NCBI GenBank assembly: GCA_012966015.1
Contig: DTRI01000023.1
Coordinates: 1 to 44,602, forward strand
DNA length: 44,602 bases
Source: Flavobacteriales bacterium
Lineage (GTDB): Bacteria > Bacteroidota > Bacteroidia > NORP154
Direction of reading: 5' to 3'
Shown here piece by piece: positions 17,640-28,000 of the stretch. The notes under the pieces are model-generated. The model was not told the origin of the DNA. It did no database searches and saw nothing but the letters and a program-made list of their open reading frames with translations. The first letter of the stretch is position 1, and each line of letters starts with the position of its first letter. The position numbers and the translations under genes were made by a program.

Positions 17640-18047
17640 TCAATCGTTTGGTTTTCTTCTCTGCACCTTTTTCTCACCCTGCATTTTCTTGGCTTTCAAT
17701 CTACGTTCTTTTGACGCCTTTGTGGGTTTACTCGCTTTTCGGGGTTTAATTGTTTTCAGGCTTTGCTCTAACAAAACAAAGAACTTCTCGATTACGCGCA
17801 GCTTATTTTGAGCTTGAGACCTGGTAGCACCCGACGTGAGCTTTAGAACGCCTTCATTGTTTACTCTCGACGCGAGCTTTTCTCGAATAATCTTTTTTTG
17901 GTGATCCGTCAACAAATTCGTCTTCTCCAGATCAAAATTCAGCTCCACTTTGGTCTCAACTTTGTTCACATGCTGGCCACCAGCTCCTCCACTACGGGAA
18001 GTTTTGAAAACAAATTCCATTTCAAACTTATCGTGAGCTAGTTTCAT
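17640..18047 (-). CDS. arfB: Alternative ribosome-rescue factor ArfB (YaeJ-type peptidyl-tRNA hydrolase)
   Basis: The protein is 135 aa, with the GGQ motif in SGGAGGQHVNKVETKV and a basic C-terminal tail (KKMQGEKKVQRRKPND). Its ATG overlaps the priA stop (ATGA). Confidence 0.88.
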   Translation of the reverse strand: MKLAHDKFEMEFVFKTSRSGGAGGQHVNKVETKVELNFDLEKTNLLTDHQKKIIREKLASRVNNEGVLKLTSGATRSQAQNKLRVIEKFFVLLEQSLKTIKPRKASKPTKASKERRLKAKKMQGEKKVQRRKPND

Positions 18048-20539
18048 AATGGGTCAACATCCACAATTACCCTGGTTGATTTACCAATTTTCGTCAGCTT
18101 AAACGCTTCTATCTCCGTGGCTAGCTGTGCCTTGGCTTTGATAATTGATGCGGGCGACTCAATTTTAAGCAACATGACTTTGTTGTACATATTTCTAACC
18201 CTGGCAATGTGGGGGTATTCCGGCCCCAGCAATCTATCACCAAAATGTTCTCTCAGCTGAGTTGCCAGGATTTTTGCTCCTTCATCCAGCTTCGACGCCT
18301 CTCTGTGCCGCAATGTAATATCGATAATTCGAAAAAACGGGGGGTACCTGAACTTAATCCTTTGCGTTAGCTCATCTTCATACATCCCTTTGTAATCGTT
18401 GCTGAGAACCTGATGGATCGTGGGATGCGACTTGCTAAAGGTTTGCAGTATTACGGTACCTCGCTTCTTCTTTCTACCCGCCCTACCCGCTACCTGTGCC
18501 ATCAGCTGATAAGCTCTTTCATGGGCCCGAAAATCCGGAAAGTTCAGCATGCTATCGGCGTTCAATATTCCCACCACACTTACATTGTCAAAATCTAAAC
18601 CCTTTGCTACCATTTGTGTACCTACCAGAATATCGATAGCACCTTCCTCAAAATCGCCTATTATTTTGCTATAGGCGTGCTTGCTTCTGGTAGAGTCCAG
18701 ATCCATTCTGCGTACTTTCGCATTTGGGAAAGTCTCAGCCAAATCCTCCTCTATCATCTCCGTTCCAAATCCTCTGGTTTGCATGTCGCCATTTCCGCAG
18801 GCCCCACACTTTGTTATAATGTCTTCAGAGTACCCACAATAATGACACTGCATCCTGTGATTGTACTTATGATATGTTAGTGTAACATCACAATTAACAC
18901 ATTGTGGAATCCAGTTGCAGGTATTGCATTCTAAAAAAGAAGAAAAGCCGCGACGATTTTGAAAAAGTATTATTTGCTCTGATAGGCCCAGTGCACATTC
19001 CATCTCTTCAATCAGCTTTGCAGAGAAATGAGAGACTATTCTTTTCTTACGGTGCTCCTCTGACAGATCCACTGGAATAATTTCGGGCAGCACCATACCT
19101 GCATATCTGATTTTGAGCTCAACCAAACCATATTTCCCGGATATTGCGTTGTGATAGCTCTCAACAGCAGGAGTAGCCGTGCCCAGCACGGTCTTAGCAC
19201 CATGTAATCCAGCCAAATAAATGGCCGCATCCCGAGCATGATAGCGAGGCGCAGGGTTGTATTGCTTAAACGAATTTTCGTGCTCCTCATCTATAATCAC
19301 CAAACCAAGATGTTGAAAAGGTAGAAACAAAGCCGAACGCGCACCAATGATTACATCAAAGTTCTCATCTGACCCGGATGGAGACTCCCCAAGAATGGAA
19401 TTCCACACTTCCACTCTTTCGTTCTCATTGAATTTGGAATGATATACCCCTACTCTATTTCCAAAGTGCTTTCTCAATCGGGTAATGATCTGAGCTGTTA
19501 ATGCAATTTCCGGTAATAGATAAAGCACTTGCTGTCCTTTTCCCAGCACTTTCTGAATCAGCTTTATATAGATTTCGGTTTTACCACTGGATGTTATACC
19601 ATGCAGCAGTACCACCTCTTTCGTCTGATGCAGCTTATTGATCTGGGAAAATGACTTTTTTTGCGGGTCTGTGAGTTGAACCAATGCACCATTTTCGGCG
19701 TTGGCCGAGCTCATGGTTAGCCTCCCAATTTCTTTGTTGTACAGCTCCAGCACTTCTTTCTTGACCAATTGGTTCAGTATTCCTGAAGAAGAGCTGGTCG
19801 ATTTCAGCAATTCCAGCTTTAATACCTCACTCGGGCCAGTGTGATATCTGTTGGACATGGTGATATAGCCCATGAGCAGCTCCAATTGCTTGGGAGCCTT
19901 GCTGAGCTGATCAAAGATCACTTTTAAATCCTCTTCATTATCCACACCCTTTGCAAGCCGCACACAGGACACCGTTTTGGGTTTGAATTTCTTCTTCAGT
20001 TTTTCTGTTACCGTAATTACGCCCTTCTCCAACATAGATTTAATCAGCGGGATCGTAATTTTCTGGTCAATTATTTTGCTCACCTCACCCAGATTCAAAC
20101 TTCCATGAATCTCCAGTGCATCGACAATCAGAAATTCTTTGTCGTTTATTGGAACCTGTTCCGAATTATATTCAGGGTTAAGCTCAATCAGGGATTCACT
20201 GGCTAGCTTCAGCCCGGAAGGAAGCGCTGAAGCCATTACCTCGCCTATTGTACACATGTAGTATGCTGAAATCCATTGCCAATGTTTGAGCTGGGTTCCG
20301 TTAACGATAGGCTTGGAATCCAGCACCGACAAAATATATTTTGCCTGGTAATTTGAAGGTGCCGTTTCATGAATGGAGAATACGATAGCGCTGTACACCT
20401 TCGATTTTCCAAACTGGACCACTACTCTTTTACCAACTTGTACTTCGTCACCCATTTCGAATGGAACGCGGTACGTATAGAATTGCCTTAAGGCCAGCGG
20501 AAGAATGACATCTGCAAAATATGTTTTCCTCTCAGTCAA
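18044..20539 (-). CDS. priA: Primosomal replication-restart helicase PriA
   Basis: The N-terminus FADVILPLAL..FTYRVP matches the PriA 3'-DNA-binding domain. Also present are Walker A GITSSGKTE, DEEH, and a Cys-rich zinc region CNTCNW..CVNCDV..CHYCGY..CGACG. The start codon is apparently TTG. Confidence 0.92.
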   Translation of the reverse strand: MTERKTYFADVILPLALRQFYTYRVPFEMGDEVQVGKRVVVQFGKSKVYSAIVFSIHETAPSNYQAKYILSVLDSKPIVNGTQLKHWQWISAYYMCTIGEVMASALPSGLKLASESLIELNPEYNSEQVPINDKEFLIVDALEIHGSLNLGEVSKIIDQKITIPLIKSMLEKGVITVTEKLKKKFKPKTVSCVRLAKGVDNEEDLKVIFDQLSKAPKQLELLMGYITMSNRYHTGPSEVLKLELLKSTSSSSGILNQLVKKEVLELYNKEIGRLTMSSANAENGALVQLTDPQKKSFSQINKLHQTKEVVLLHGITSSGKTEIYIKLIQKVLGKGQQVLYLLPEIALTAQIITRLRKHFGNRVGVYHSKFNENERVEVWNSILGESPSGSDENFDVIIGARSALFLPFQHLGLVIIDEEHENSFKQYNPAPRYHARDAAIYLAGLHGAKTVLGTATPAVESYHNAISGKYGLVELKIRYAGMVLPEIIPVDLSEEHRKKRIVSHFSAKLIEEMECALGLSEQIILFQNRRGFSSFLECNTCNWIPQCVNCDVTLTYHKYNHRMQCHYCGYSEDIITKCGACGNGDMQTRGFGTEMIEEDLAETFPNAKVRRMDLDSTRSKHAYSKIIGDFEEGAIDILVGTQMVAKGLDFDNVSVVGILNADSMLNFPDFRAHERAYQLMAQVAGRAGRKKKRGTVILQTFSKSHPTIHQVLSNDYKGMYEDELTQRIKFRYPPFFRIIDITLRHREASKLDEGAKILATQLREHFGDRLLGPEYPHIARVRNMYNKVMLLKIESPASIIKAKAQLATEIEAFKLTKIGKSTRVIVDVDPL

Positions 20540-20581
20540 AATAAAATAAACAAATTAAATATAGATCTTGCGCGAATAGCG

Positions 20582-21565
20582 TTATCCCGATAATGTTTCA
20601 ACAATATTCAAGAGGTGCTTATTGATGTTTTTGTGGTGCTTACATGCCTTTTCGAAGGGTGTAAAGCTTATGTCCCTATGAATAATTCCTATCATCTCAT
20701 TGGTTTTCCCTTCCAATAATGCAGTAACGGCGCCAACTCCGAGCCGGCTCGCCAGCACCCGGTCCATACATGTTGGTGCCCCACCCCTCTGCATGTGCCC
20801 CAAGATAGATACTCGCGTGTCATAGTCAACATAATGCTCCTTCACTTTGGCAGCGATTTCCAATGCACCACCGGCATCATCGCCTTCAGCAACGATTATA
20901 ATACTACTTGAATTTTTATTTTCTCCACGCCTCTGTAAATAAGCAATCAGCTCATCAACGTGGGTCTTGGTCTCTGGTATTAGTACGGCTTCTGCTCCTA
21001 CAGCTATTCCACTTCTCAAGGCAATAAATCCCGCGTCCTTTCCCATTACCTCAATTATAAATAGTCTGTTGTGTGCTTCCGCCGTATCTCTGATTTTGTC
21101 TACAGCCTCCACCACTGTGTTGATGGCTGTATCGTAACCGATTGTAAAATCAGTTCCGTACATGTCATTGTCAATAGTACCTGGAATTCCAATTACCGGA
21201 AAATTGAATTTTGATATGAACTCATTCGCGCCGCGAAAAGTTCCATCGCCTCCTATTGCTATCAAAGCATCGATGCCTTTCTGCCGGAGGTTATCATAAG
21301 CCTTTTGCATACCCGCTGAAGTTTTGAATTCTTCACACCTCGAAGCTTTCAAGATAGTCCCCCCGCGCTGAATAATATTACTCACATCGCTTGTTCCCAG
21401 GCTCACAAAATCTCCTTCCAGCATTCCCTGATAACCACTTCCTATACCGCTTATCATTAGGTCCGCATTCAGTGCTGACCTCACAACAGCTCTGATACAT
21501 GCGTTCATCCCCGGCGCATCTCCGCCCGAGGTAAATACGCCAATATGCTGAATCTTCCTATCCAT
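20582..21565 (-). CDS. pfkA: ATP-dependent 6-phosphofructokinase
   Basis: Matching motifs are GVFTSGGDAPGMNA, IGGDGT, GIPGTIDND and MGHMQRGG-type (ILGHMQRGG). I prefer the start at MDRKIQHIGV (ATG at 21565) over the upstream start at 21625. Confidence 0.92.
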   Translation of the reverse strand: MDRKIQHIGVFTSGGDAPGMNACIRAVVRSALNADLMISGIGSGYQGMLEGDFVSLGTSDVSNIIQRGGTILKASRCEEFKTSAGMQKAYDNLRQKGIDALIAIGGDGTFRGANEFISKFNFPVIGIPGTIDNDMYGTDFTIGYDTAINTVVEAVDKIRDTAEAHNRLFIIEVMGKDAGFIALRSGIAVGAEAVLIPETKTHVDELIAYLQRRGENKNSSSIIIVAEGDDAGGALEIAAKVKEHYVDYDTRVSILGHMQRGGAPTCMDRVLASRLGVGAVTALLEGKTNEMIGIIHRDISFTPFEKACKHHKNINKHLLNIVETLSG

Positions 21566-21639
21566 GATTAAAGCTACTGTTTTACTGCGTAAAGATATTT
21601 GTTTAATGTGAGTAAATAGGACCAACAGTTGATAAATAT

Positions 21640-21672
21640 TTGGTAATCCGGCATTTCATTTTGATACATTTG
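21640..21672 (+). promoter_or_regulatory. Candidate Bacteroidota promoter for the SSF symporter (-33 TTG, 22-nt spacer, -7 TAcaTTTG)
   Basis: TTG lies at 21640-21642 and TACATTTG at 21665-21672, 18 nt before the ATG at 21690. This matches the TTG / TAnnTTTG architecture. Confidence 0.45.
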
Positions 21673-21689
21673 TTTGCAACACAAGCACC

Positions 21690-23495
21690 ATGCATTTAGC
21701 AGCAATCGATTGGGCGATTATAGCAGTTTTCCTGCTGATATCACTATATATTGGATTAAAATATCGAGATCAAGCGGGGAAAAATCTGACGGCATTTTTT
21801 CTGGGAGGAAGGAACTTGCCCTGGTACATTGCCGGAATCTCCATGGTGGCAACAACCTTCGCCGCAGATACGCCACTGTGGGTTACCGAGAAAATTGCAC
21901 AGCATGGAATCTCCGGAAATTGGATGTGGTGGAACATGCTTATAGGTGGAATGTTAACAACATTCTTCTTCTCAAGGCTTTGGCGACGGGCCAATATTCT
22001 TACGGAGCTAGAATTTATCGAATTGCGATACAGCGGTAAACCTGCGAGGTTCTTGCGGGGGTTCAAATCTATATATCTGGGCGTATTCCTGAACGCAGTT
22101 GTAATTGGATGGGTAAACTCAGCCATGGTGAAAATTCTGGAAGTCTTTTTTGAAATTGATTTTAACGAAGCGCTGATGTGTGTTGGTGTTTTGATGATCC
22201 TGGTGGCCTTTTACAGTAGTTTATCTGGCTTAATGGGTGTTGTTATTACTGATGCCATTCAATTTGTTATGGCAATGTTAGGATGCATTGTCCTGGCTGT
22301 TATTGTTCTTAATTCTGATGACATTGGGGGCATGGACGGCTTGAAATCAAAATTGGCAGGTCAGGAATGGAGGCTGGACTTCTTTCCTAAAATTACCAGC
22401 GACACCGGTATTGGAGAAGCCGCTTCAATTTTCAGTTTGTCCATAGGAGCTTTCCTGTCTTACGTTGTCATACAGTGGTGGGCGAGTTGGTACCCTGGTG
22501 CGGAACCGGGTGGAGGAGGTTATGTTGCACAGAGAATGATGAGTGCCAAAAATGAAAAACACGCCATCTACGCGACATTGTTTTTTCAAATCGCCCACTA
22601 TTGTCTTCGGCCCTGGCCCTGGATCATTGTTGGGCTGTGCGCCTTTGTATTGTACCCAGATTTGCCAATGAACGAATCTGGAAAAGGTTTTGTGCTGGTA
22701 ATGCGTGATTATCTTCCCGCCGGATTAAAAGGAATGCTATTGGTGGCGTTTCTCGGTGCTTATATGAGCACTATATCTACGCAATTGAACTGGGGAGCCA
22801 GCTACCTTACCAATGATTTGTACAGGAGATTTATCAAACCGGAATCTGCGTTTTCTGATGAAGGATTAGCACAAAAGCACTATATCAGAGCAGCGAAATT
22901 ATTCACCGTAGGCATTATGTTGTTCGCGTTCTATGCAACCACTCAAATAACGTCTATTGATGCGGCTGCCAGATTTCTCATAGACTGCGGGGCTGGGCTG
23001 GGAATGGTGTTGATACTCAGGTGGTACTGGTGGCGCATAAATGCCTGGAGCGAAATAGCGGCAACAATAGCGCCGTTCTTCGCCTACTCCTTCTGCAAAT
23101 TCTGGTTAGAGGAGCATCTGGGCAGTGACTTTGTATTGAACAACGGGACATTATTCGTAACAGTAGGATTTACCACGTTGGTATGGGTCATTGTTACCTT
23201 TCTAACCCCGCCAACCGCTGAATCCACGTTATCCAAGTTCTATAATCTGGTTAAACCACTGGGGGCTTGGTCACAATTCCGAAATGCAGATGAAAGCTCT
23301 CCAGATGAAGGCAAAATCATGTGGCTCGTGTTTAGCTGGATCTCGGCAATAATTATGACCTATTCAACCCTGTTTTTAACTGGAAAGTTAATCCTTCAAG
23401 AATGGGATGATTCAATAGCTTGGGGCGTTGTCGCCACAGCATCATTTTTGTGCTTCAAAATGATCGTTAAAAAATCGAAGATTTTAGACGATTAA
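21690..23495 (+). CDS. Sodium:solute symporter (SSF) family transporter
   Basis: This is a 601-aa polytopic protein. The N-terminal FFLGGRNLPWYIAGISMVATTFAADTPL is the characteristic SSF TM1-2 signature. Confidence 0.85.
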   Translation: MHLAAIDWAIIAVFLLISLYIGLKYRDQAGKNLTAFFLGGRNLPWYIAGISMVATTFAADTPLWVTEKIAQHGISGNWMWWNMLIGGMLTTFFFSRLWRRANILTELEFIELRYSGKPARFLRGFKSIYLGVFLNAVVIGWVNSAMVKILEVFFEIDFNEALMCVGVLMILVAFYSSLSGLMGVVITDAIQFVMAMLGCIVLAVIVLNSDDIGGMDGLKSKLAGQEWRLDFFPKITSDTGIGEAASIFSLSIGAFLSYVVIQWWASWYPGAEPGGGGYVAQRMMSAKNEKHAIYATLFFQIAHYCLRPWPWIIVGLCAFVLYPDLPMNESGKGFVLVMRDYLPAGLKGMLLVAFLGAYMSTISTQLNWGASYLTNDLYRRFIKPESAFSDEGLAQKHYIRAAKLFTVGIMLFAFYATTQITSIDAAARFLIDCGAGLGMVLILRWYWWRINAWSEIAATIAPFFAYSFCKFWLEEHLGSDFVLNNGTLFVTVGFTTLVWVIVTFLTPPTAESTLSKFYNLVKPLGAWSQFRNADESSPDEGKIMWLVFSWISAIIMTYSTLFLTGKLILQEWDDSIAWGVVATASFLCFKMIVKKSKILDD

Positions 23496-23578
23496 CAGAG
23501 AAAATTGAATGTACATTTTTTTTGTGGTTTCATTAAAATTGCTTTACTTGCGGACTTAATTCTTAATAATTTTTAGTC

Positions 23579-24481
23579 ATGAGATTAACTATGGATTCAA
23601 AGAATTTAAAACCATTTTTCATCGCATTATTGGCATCCTTATTTATGTTGGGTTGCGAAGGTGGAGAAGAACTGAAAGACACCGTCGATGAAATAGAAAT
23701 TGAAGATAGTGGCACCAATATAGTGGAGCTAGGTGGGGTTGTCTTTTGTATACCCTCTCCAGTCCAAACAGCAATTTTGGTGAAGGATGTAGGTGCCGCC
23801 TACGATGGCTCGCTGCTCAACTCTCCTGATAATCGCAATAGTTATTCGACTAATTTTCTTAAGGCCCTAAACCTTGGGATATATGGGGCAGATTTGGGGT
23901 ACTCTACAATCTATGAGCAACCACAGGATGGTATCAGATATCTGAAGACCATTCGAAACCTGGCAGACGATATTGGAGTGGCATCCGCATTTGGACCTGA
24001 GATCATGAAGAGGATTAACCAAAACATTGGCGATCAGGATTCTCTTCTCTCCATGGTTGGAGCTTGTTACAGATCACTAAACTCATTTCTACAGGAGAAT
24101 GACCGAAGCGATGTATGTGCCCTGGTGCTTACCGGGACCTGGGTTGAAAGCACCTATTTTGTTACAAAGATATCTGGCGTTTTTGAAAGTCAGGAGTTAA
24201 CGAATAGGATTGCAGAACAAAAAGGCACATTGGAAAACCTCATTAAACTTATTGAACCGTACTATAACGATCCGCAATTCACTGAGTTACTAGACGATCT
24301 GTACGATATTTCAGATGTTTTTGACCATGTACAGGTATCTTATGAATACGTTAAACCATCAGTAGATGAGGCGAAAAAGCTGACCACAATAAATTCCTTT
24401 TCTAAGGTGACTATATCAGAAGATCAAATTCAGTTAATTTCAGACAAAATCGCGAATCTCCGTGATTTAATAACGGGATAA
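23579..24481 (+). CDS. Hypothetical lipoprotein, predicted all-helical, no family recognised
   Basis: A lipobox-like signal is present (LLASLFMLGC-EGG). An acidic linker is followed by about 250 aa with helical periodicity. The start could be 23579 or the ATG at 23591. Confidence 0.65.
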   Translation: MRLTMDSKNLKPFFIALLASLFMLGCEGGEELKDTVDEIEIEDSGTNIVELGGVVFCIPSPVQTAILVKDVGAAYDGSLLNSPDNRNSYSTNFLKALNLGIYGADLGYSTIYEQPQDGIRYLKTIRNLADDIGVASAFGPEIMKRINQNIGDQDSLLSMVGACYRSLNSFLQENDRSDVCALVLTGTWVESTYFVTKISGVFESQELTNRIAEQKGTLENLIKLIEPYYNDPQFTELLDDLYDISDVFDHVQVSYEYVKPSVDEAKKLTTINSFSKVTISEDQIQLISDKIANLRDLITG

Positions 24482-24519
24482 AACAAGATTCAACTCTCTA
24501 ATTTGTAAAAAACCAGACA

Positions 24520-24939
24520 ATGAGTAACTACGTTAAAATATTTTTGATCACATGCGCATCATTGTTGGCCTTTGACGGATACGGTCAGTGTGACTCAACC
24601 GTAAAGCGCTGTGCGGACCATTTAACTACAAAATTTATTTCTGATGGACAACAGTATCGTTCGTTGCTGATTGGCGATGAAGTAGCAGAGTTTCACGCAA
24701 CATTTTATGGAAACAGCACTTATAGAATTTGTGGATGCACGGGTAATTCTGATGGAGATTTGATATTTTCACTTTACGATGAGCAAGGGAATTTACTCTT
24801 TACGAATAACGATTACAGAAATGCACCGTTTTGGGATTTTGAATTTAAAGGGACTGTTGACTTAACTATCGAGGCTCGGTTGGAATCTATGAACCAGTCA
24901 TCAGGTTGTGCTGTAATGCTAATAGGGTTTAAGCGCTAA
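24520..24939 (+). CDS. Small secreted beta-sandwich protein (PPC/pre-peptidase-like motif), hypothetical
   Basis: A signal peptide is present (IFLITCASLLAFDGYGQ). GDLIFSLYDEQGNLLFTNND resembles the DLDLYLYD-x-x-G core of PPC-type sandwiches. The gene starts 38 nt after the lipoprotein gene. Confidence 0.6.
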   Translation: MSNYVKIFLITCASLLAFDGYGQCDSTVKRCADHLTTKFISDGQQYRSLLIGDEVAEFHATFYGNSTYRICGCTGNSDGDLIFSLYDEQGNLLFTNNDYRNAPFWDFEFKGTVDLTIEARLESMNQSSGCAVMLIGFKR

Positions 24940-25050
24940 TAATTTCTACCTTTTAGTAAGTAGGGCACAAACCGAGAGGCATTATAACTATTTTGTTTTA
25001 ATGTCTTTTGTATTTTTTGTAACAAGTTAATCTACGTTAATACCTGATCA

Positions 25051-28000
25051 GTGAGTGAAAGAATACTAAAAGCCTTAATGCAGCTTTTTGCCATTATCTC
25101 CGAAGTAGATATTGATGGATTATCTACTGACAGACGGTATATAGTAGAGCTATTCTTAAAACAACAACTGAATCAGGAGTTGGTCGATGAATACCTAAAG
25201 GTATTTGACGAGTTTGTAGAGAGTCAAACGAAAAAGGGGGCCAGCGCAAAGAAAAAGAAACGGACTTCTGTAAACTCTGTTAAGATTCTGAGGATTTGTA
25301 CTCAGATAAACGAAGAGTTGGCACAACCGCAAAAAGTTGTTGTTCTGCTCAGGCAAATCGAATTTATTTTCTCTTCCGGAAATCCATCGGAACAGGAAAT
25401 AGAATTTGTTACTACCATAGCTGAAACATTCAATATAAGCCAGGAGGAGTATAACCGCATTTATTCTTTTGTGAAAAACAATCAGGAAGAAGTTCCTGAA
25501 TCCTCCAAAATTCTCATTATAAACGACAAGGAGACCAACAGCATTCCTGAGATAAAGCACATTGCCATAGAGAATCTTACAGGTCAGCTACGTTTTTTAC
25601 TGATTTCCAGTATAAATATGTACTTACTGAGATATTATGGATCTGGGGAATACTACTTGAACGGACAAATTATCAATCGTGATACTGTATATGTTGTCAA
25701 CCCAGGTTCTTCGTTGAGAAGCTCTAAAATTCAGCCTATATACTATAGTGACATTGTAAGCAGCTTTATGAGCAGCAAGACAGCTGATAAGATTGTTTAT
25801 GAAGTAAAGGAGTTAGAATTCAAGTTTCCAGCGGGAAACATAGGAATTCAATCGATGAATCTCAAGGAGGAATCCGGAAGAATGATCGCTATTATGGGAG
25901 GATCAGGCGCTGGCAAATCAACTTTATTAAACGTGTTGAATGGTGTCGAAGTTCCTTCAAGTGGTCAGGTTCTCATCAATGGCATTGATATCCATAAAGA
26001 CAAAGAACAGGCCGAGGGCATTATCGGTTTTGTTCCTCAAGACGACCTGCTTATGGATGACCTTACGGTATTCCAGAATCTATACTATGCGGCTAAACTG
26101 TGCTTTGGAAATTTTTCTGACGATAAGATTTCAGAAATGTGTGTGAATTTGCTGGGAGATATTGGATTGCAAGAGGCAAAGGATTTAAAAGTGGGCAGTC
26201 CGCTTGAAAAAGTGATTAGCGGTGGTCAAAGAAAAAGATTGAACATAGCCCTTGAGCTTATCAGAGAACCTTCTGTACTATTTCTCGATGAACCAACATC
26301 AGGATTATCTTCTAGAGATTCTGAAAACATCATGGACCTTTTAAAGGAACTTGCTCTAAAAGGCAAATTGATATATGTAGTAATACACCAGCCTTCATCT
26401 GACATTTTCAAGATGTTTGACAAGCTGATAATCCTGGATGTTGGTGGTTATATCATTTACAATGGCAACCCGATAGATGCGGTTGTTTACTTTAAAAAGC
26501 TTGTGCAGCACATCAATCCCGATGAAAGCGAATGTATACAGTGTGGTAACGTAAATCCCGAACAGATTTTCAATATTATCGAATCTAAGATCGTAGACGA
26601 ATATGGAAATCTAACGAGAACCAGAAAAACAACTCCTAATCAATGGAATGACGCTTACATGGAGAAAATTGAGCCAGTGGTTCAAAATCAACAAATAGAC
26701 ACATCCAGTAAAATACCGAAGAGCACCTTTAAAATCCCTAATATCTTCAAGCAGGTTAGAGTATTTATTACAAGAGATGTTCTTTCCAAGTTGATGAACA
26801 AACAATACATGGGCATCAGTATGTTGGAAGCACCCGCGTTGGGCTTGCTGCTGGCTTATTTCATGAAATATTACAACACCGATATATCGAACAAAGTGGG
26901 ATACATTTTTAGAGAAAATGGGAACATTCCTTTGTTTATGTTCATGTTGGTATTGATTATGTTGTTCATTGGATTAACGGTAGCCGCGGAAGAAATCATC
27001 AAAGACCGCAAAATATTAAAGCGTGAGGCATTTTTAAACCTGAGCAGGGGAGGTTATCTTTTTTCTAAGATCGTGATTATGTTTGGAATTTCAGCAATCC
27101 AGTCAATTACGTTGATATTATTAGGAAATGCCATACTGGAGATTAAAGGAATGACACTGGACTACTGGTTAATCCTGTTCTCCTTGTCCTGTTTTGCAAA
27201 TATGCTGGGCCTGAATATCTCTTCGGCGTTTAACTCAGCCGTTACCATTTATATTCTCATCCCTTTCATTGTTGTTCCTATGTTATTATTCAGCGGTGTA
27301 ATGGTGAAATTTGACAAACTAAACCCATCTATTATTGTTCACAATAGCGTGCCAATGATTGGTGAAGTTATGGTTACCAGATGGGCATATGAGGCTATGG
27401 TGGTAAATCAGTTTAAGACCAATAATTTTGAAAAACACTTCTATGGATACGACAAGAAAAAGAGCATTTCAGATTTCAAGAAAAACTACTGGATTCCGGA
27501 TCTAAAGAGCAAGGTGGATTACTGTATTATCAACATCAGTAAGAAGGAAAGTGAGGATCAAGTGAGATACGCCCTGGATTTGGTAAAAAATGAGCTTAAT
27601 CTGGGTGTCTTGCCATTTAAGGAAATCAGCGCTATCTTCCCAATCACGCTCATCGACAGTATCAATTATGATTCGTTTGATGTAGATTATGGAAAGCGAC
27701 TGAAAACTTACTTAGAAAAGCTGCATAGGTATTACATTAAAAGGTATAATAACATCACTAAAAGTAAGGATAAGCTAGTGGCACAAATGAACAGTACTGA
27801 AGCAAAGCGAACGAAATTCATACGAATCAAGAATATGTATGACAATGAGGCACTGCGGGATTTAGCCGTTAATAAAAATGAAATTAACAGGATTAAGGAG
27901 ATTGATGGTGAGCTTGTACAGCAAGCTGATCCGATTTACATGAATCCTGTGAATACGGGTAACATAAGAACTCATTTCTTTGCTCCCGAAAAGAGATTAT

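Noticed and set aside
21674-22126. Alternative-frame and antisense ORFs (121 aa at 21674..22039 on +, 118 aa at 21770..22126 on -) over the SSF symporter start
   Set aside because: The 601-aa SSF frame carries the family signature from its N-terminus, and the alternatives are motif-less.
25195-25560. 121-aa antisense ORF inside the ABC transporter N-terminal region
   Set aside because: It is a shadow ORF with no signal, motif or independent promoter and terminator. The sense frame is continuous with the ABC NBD.
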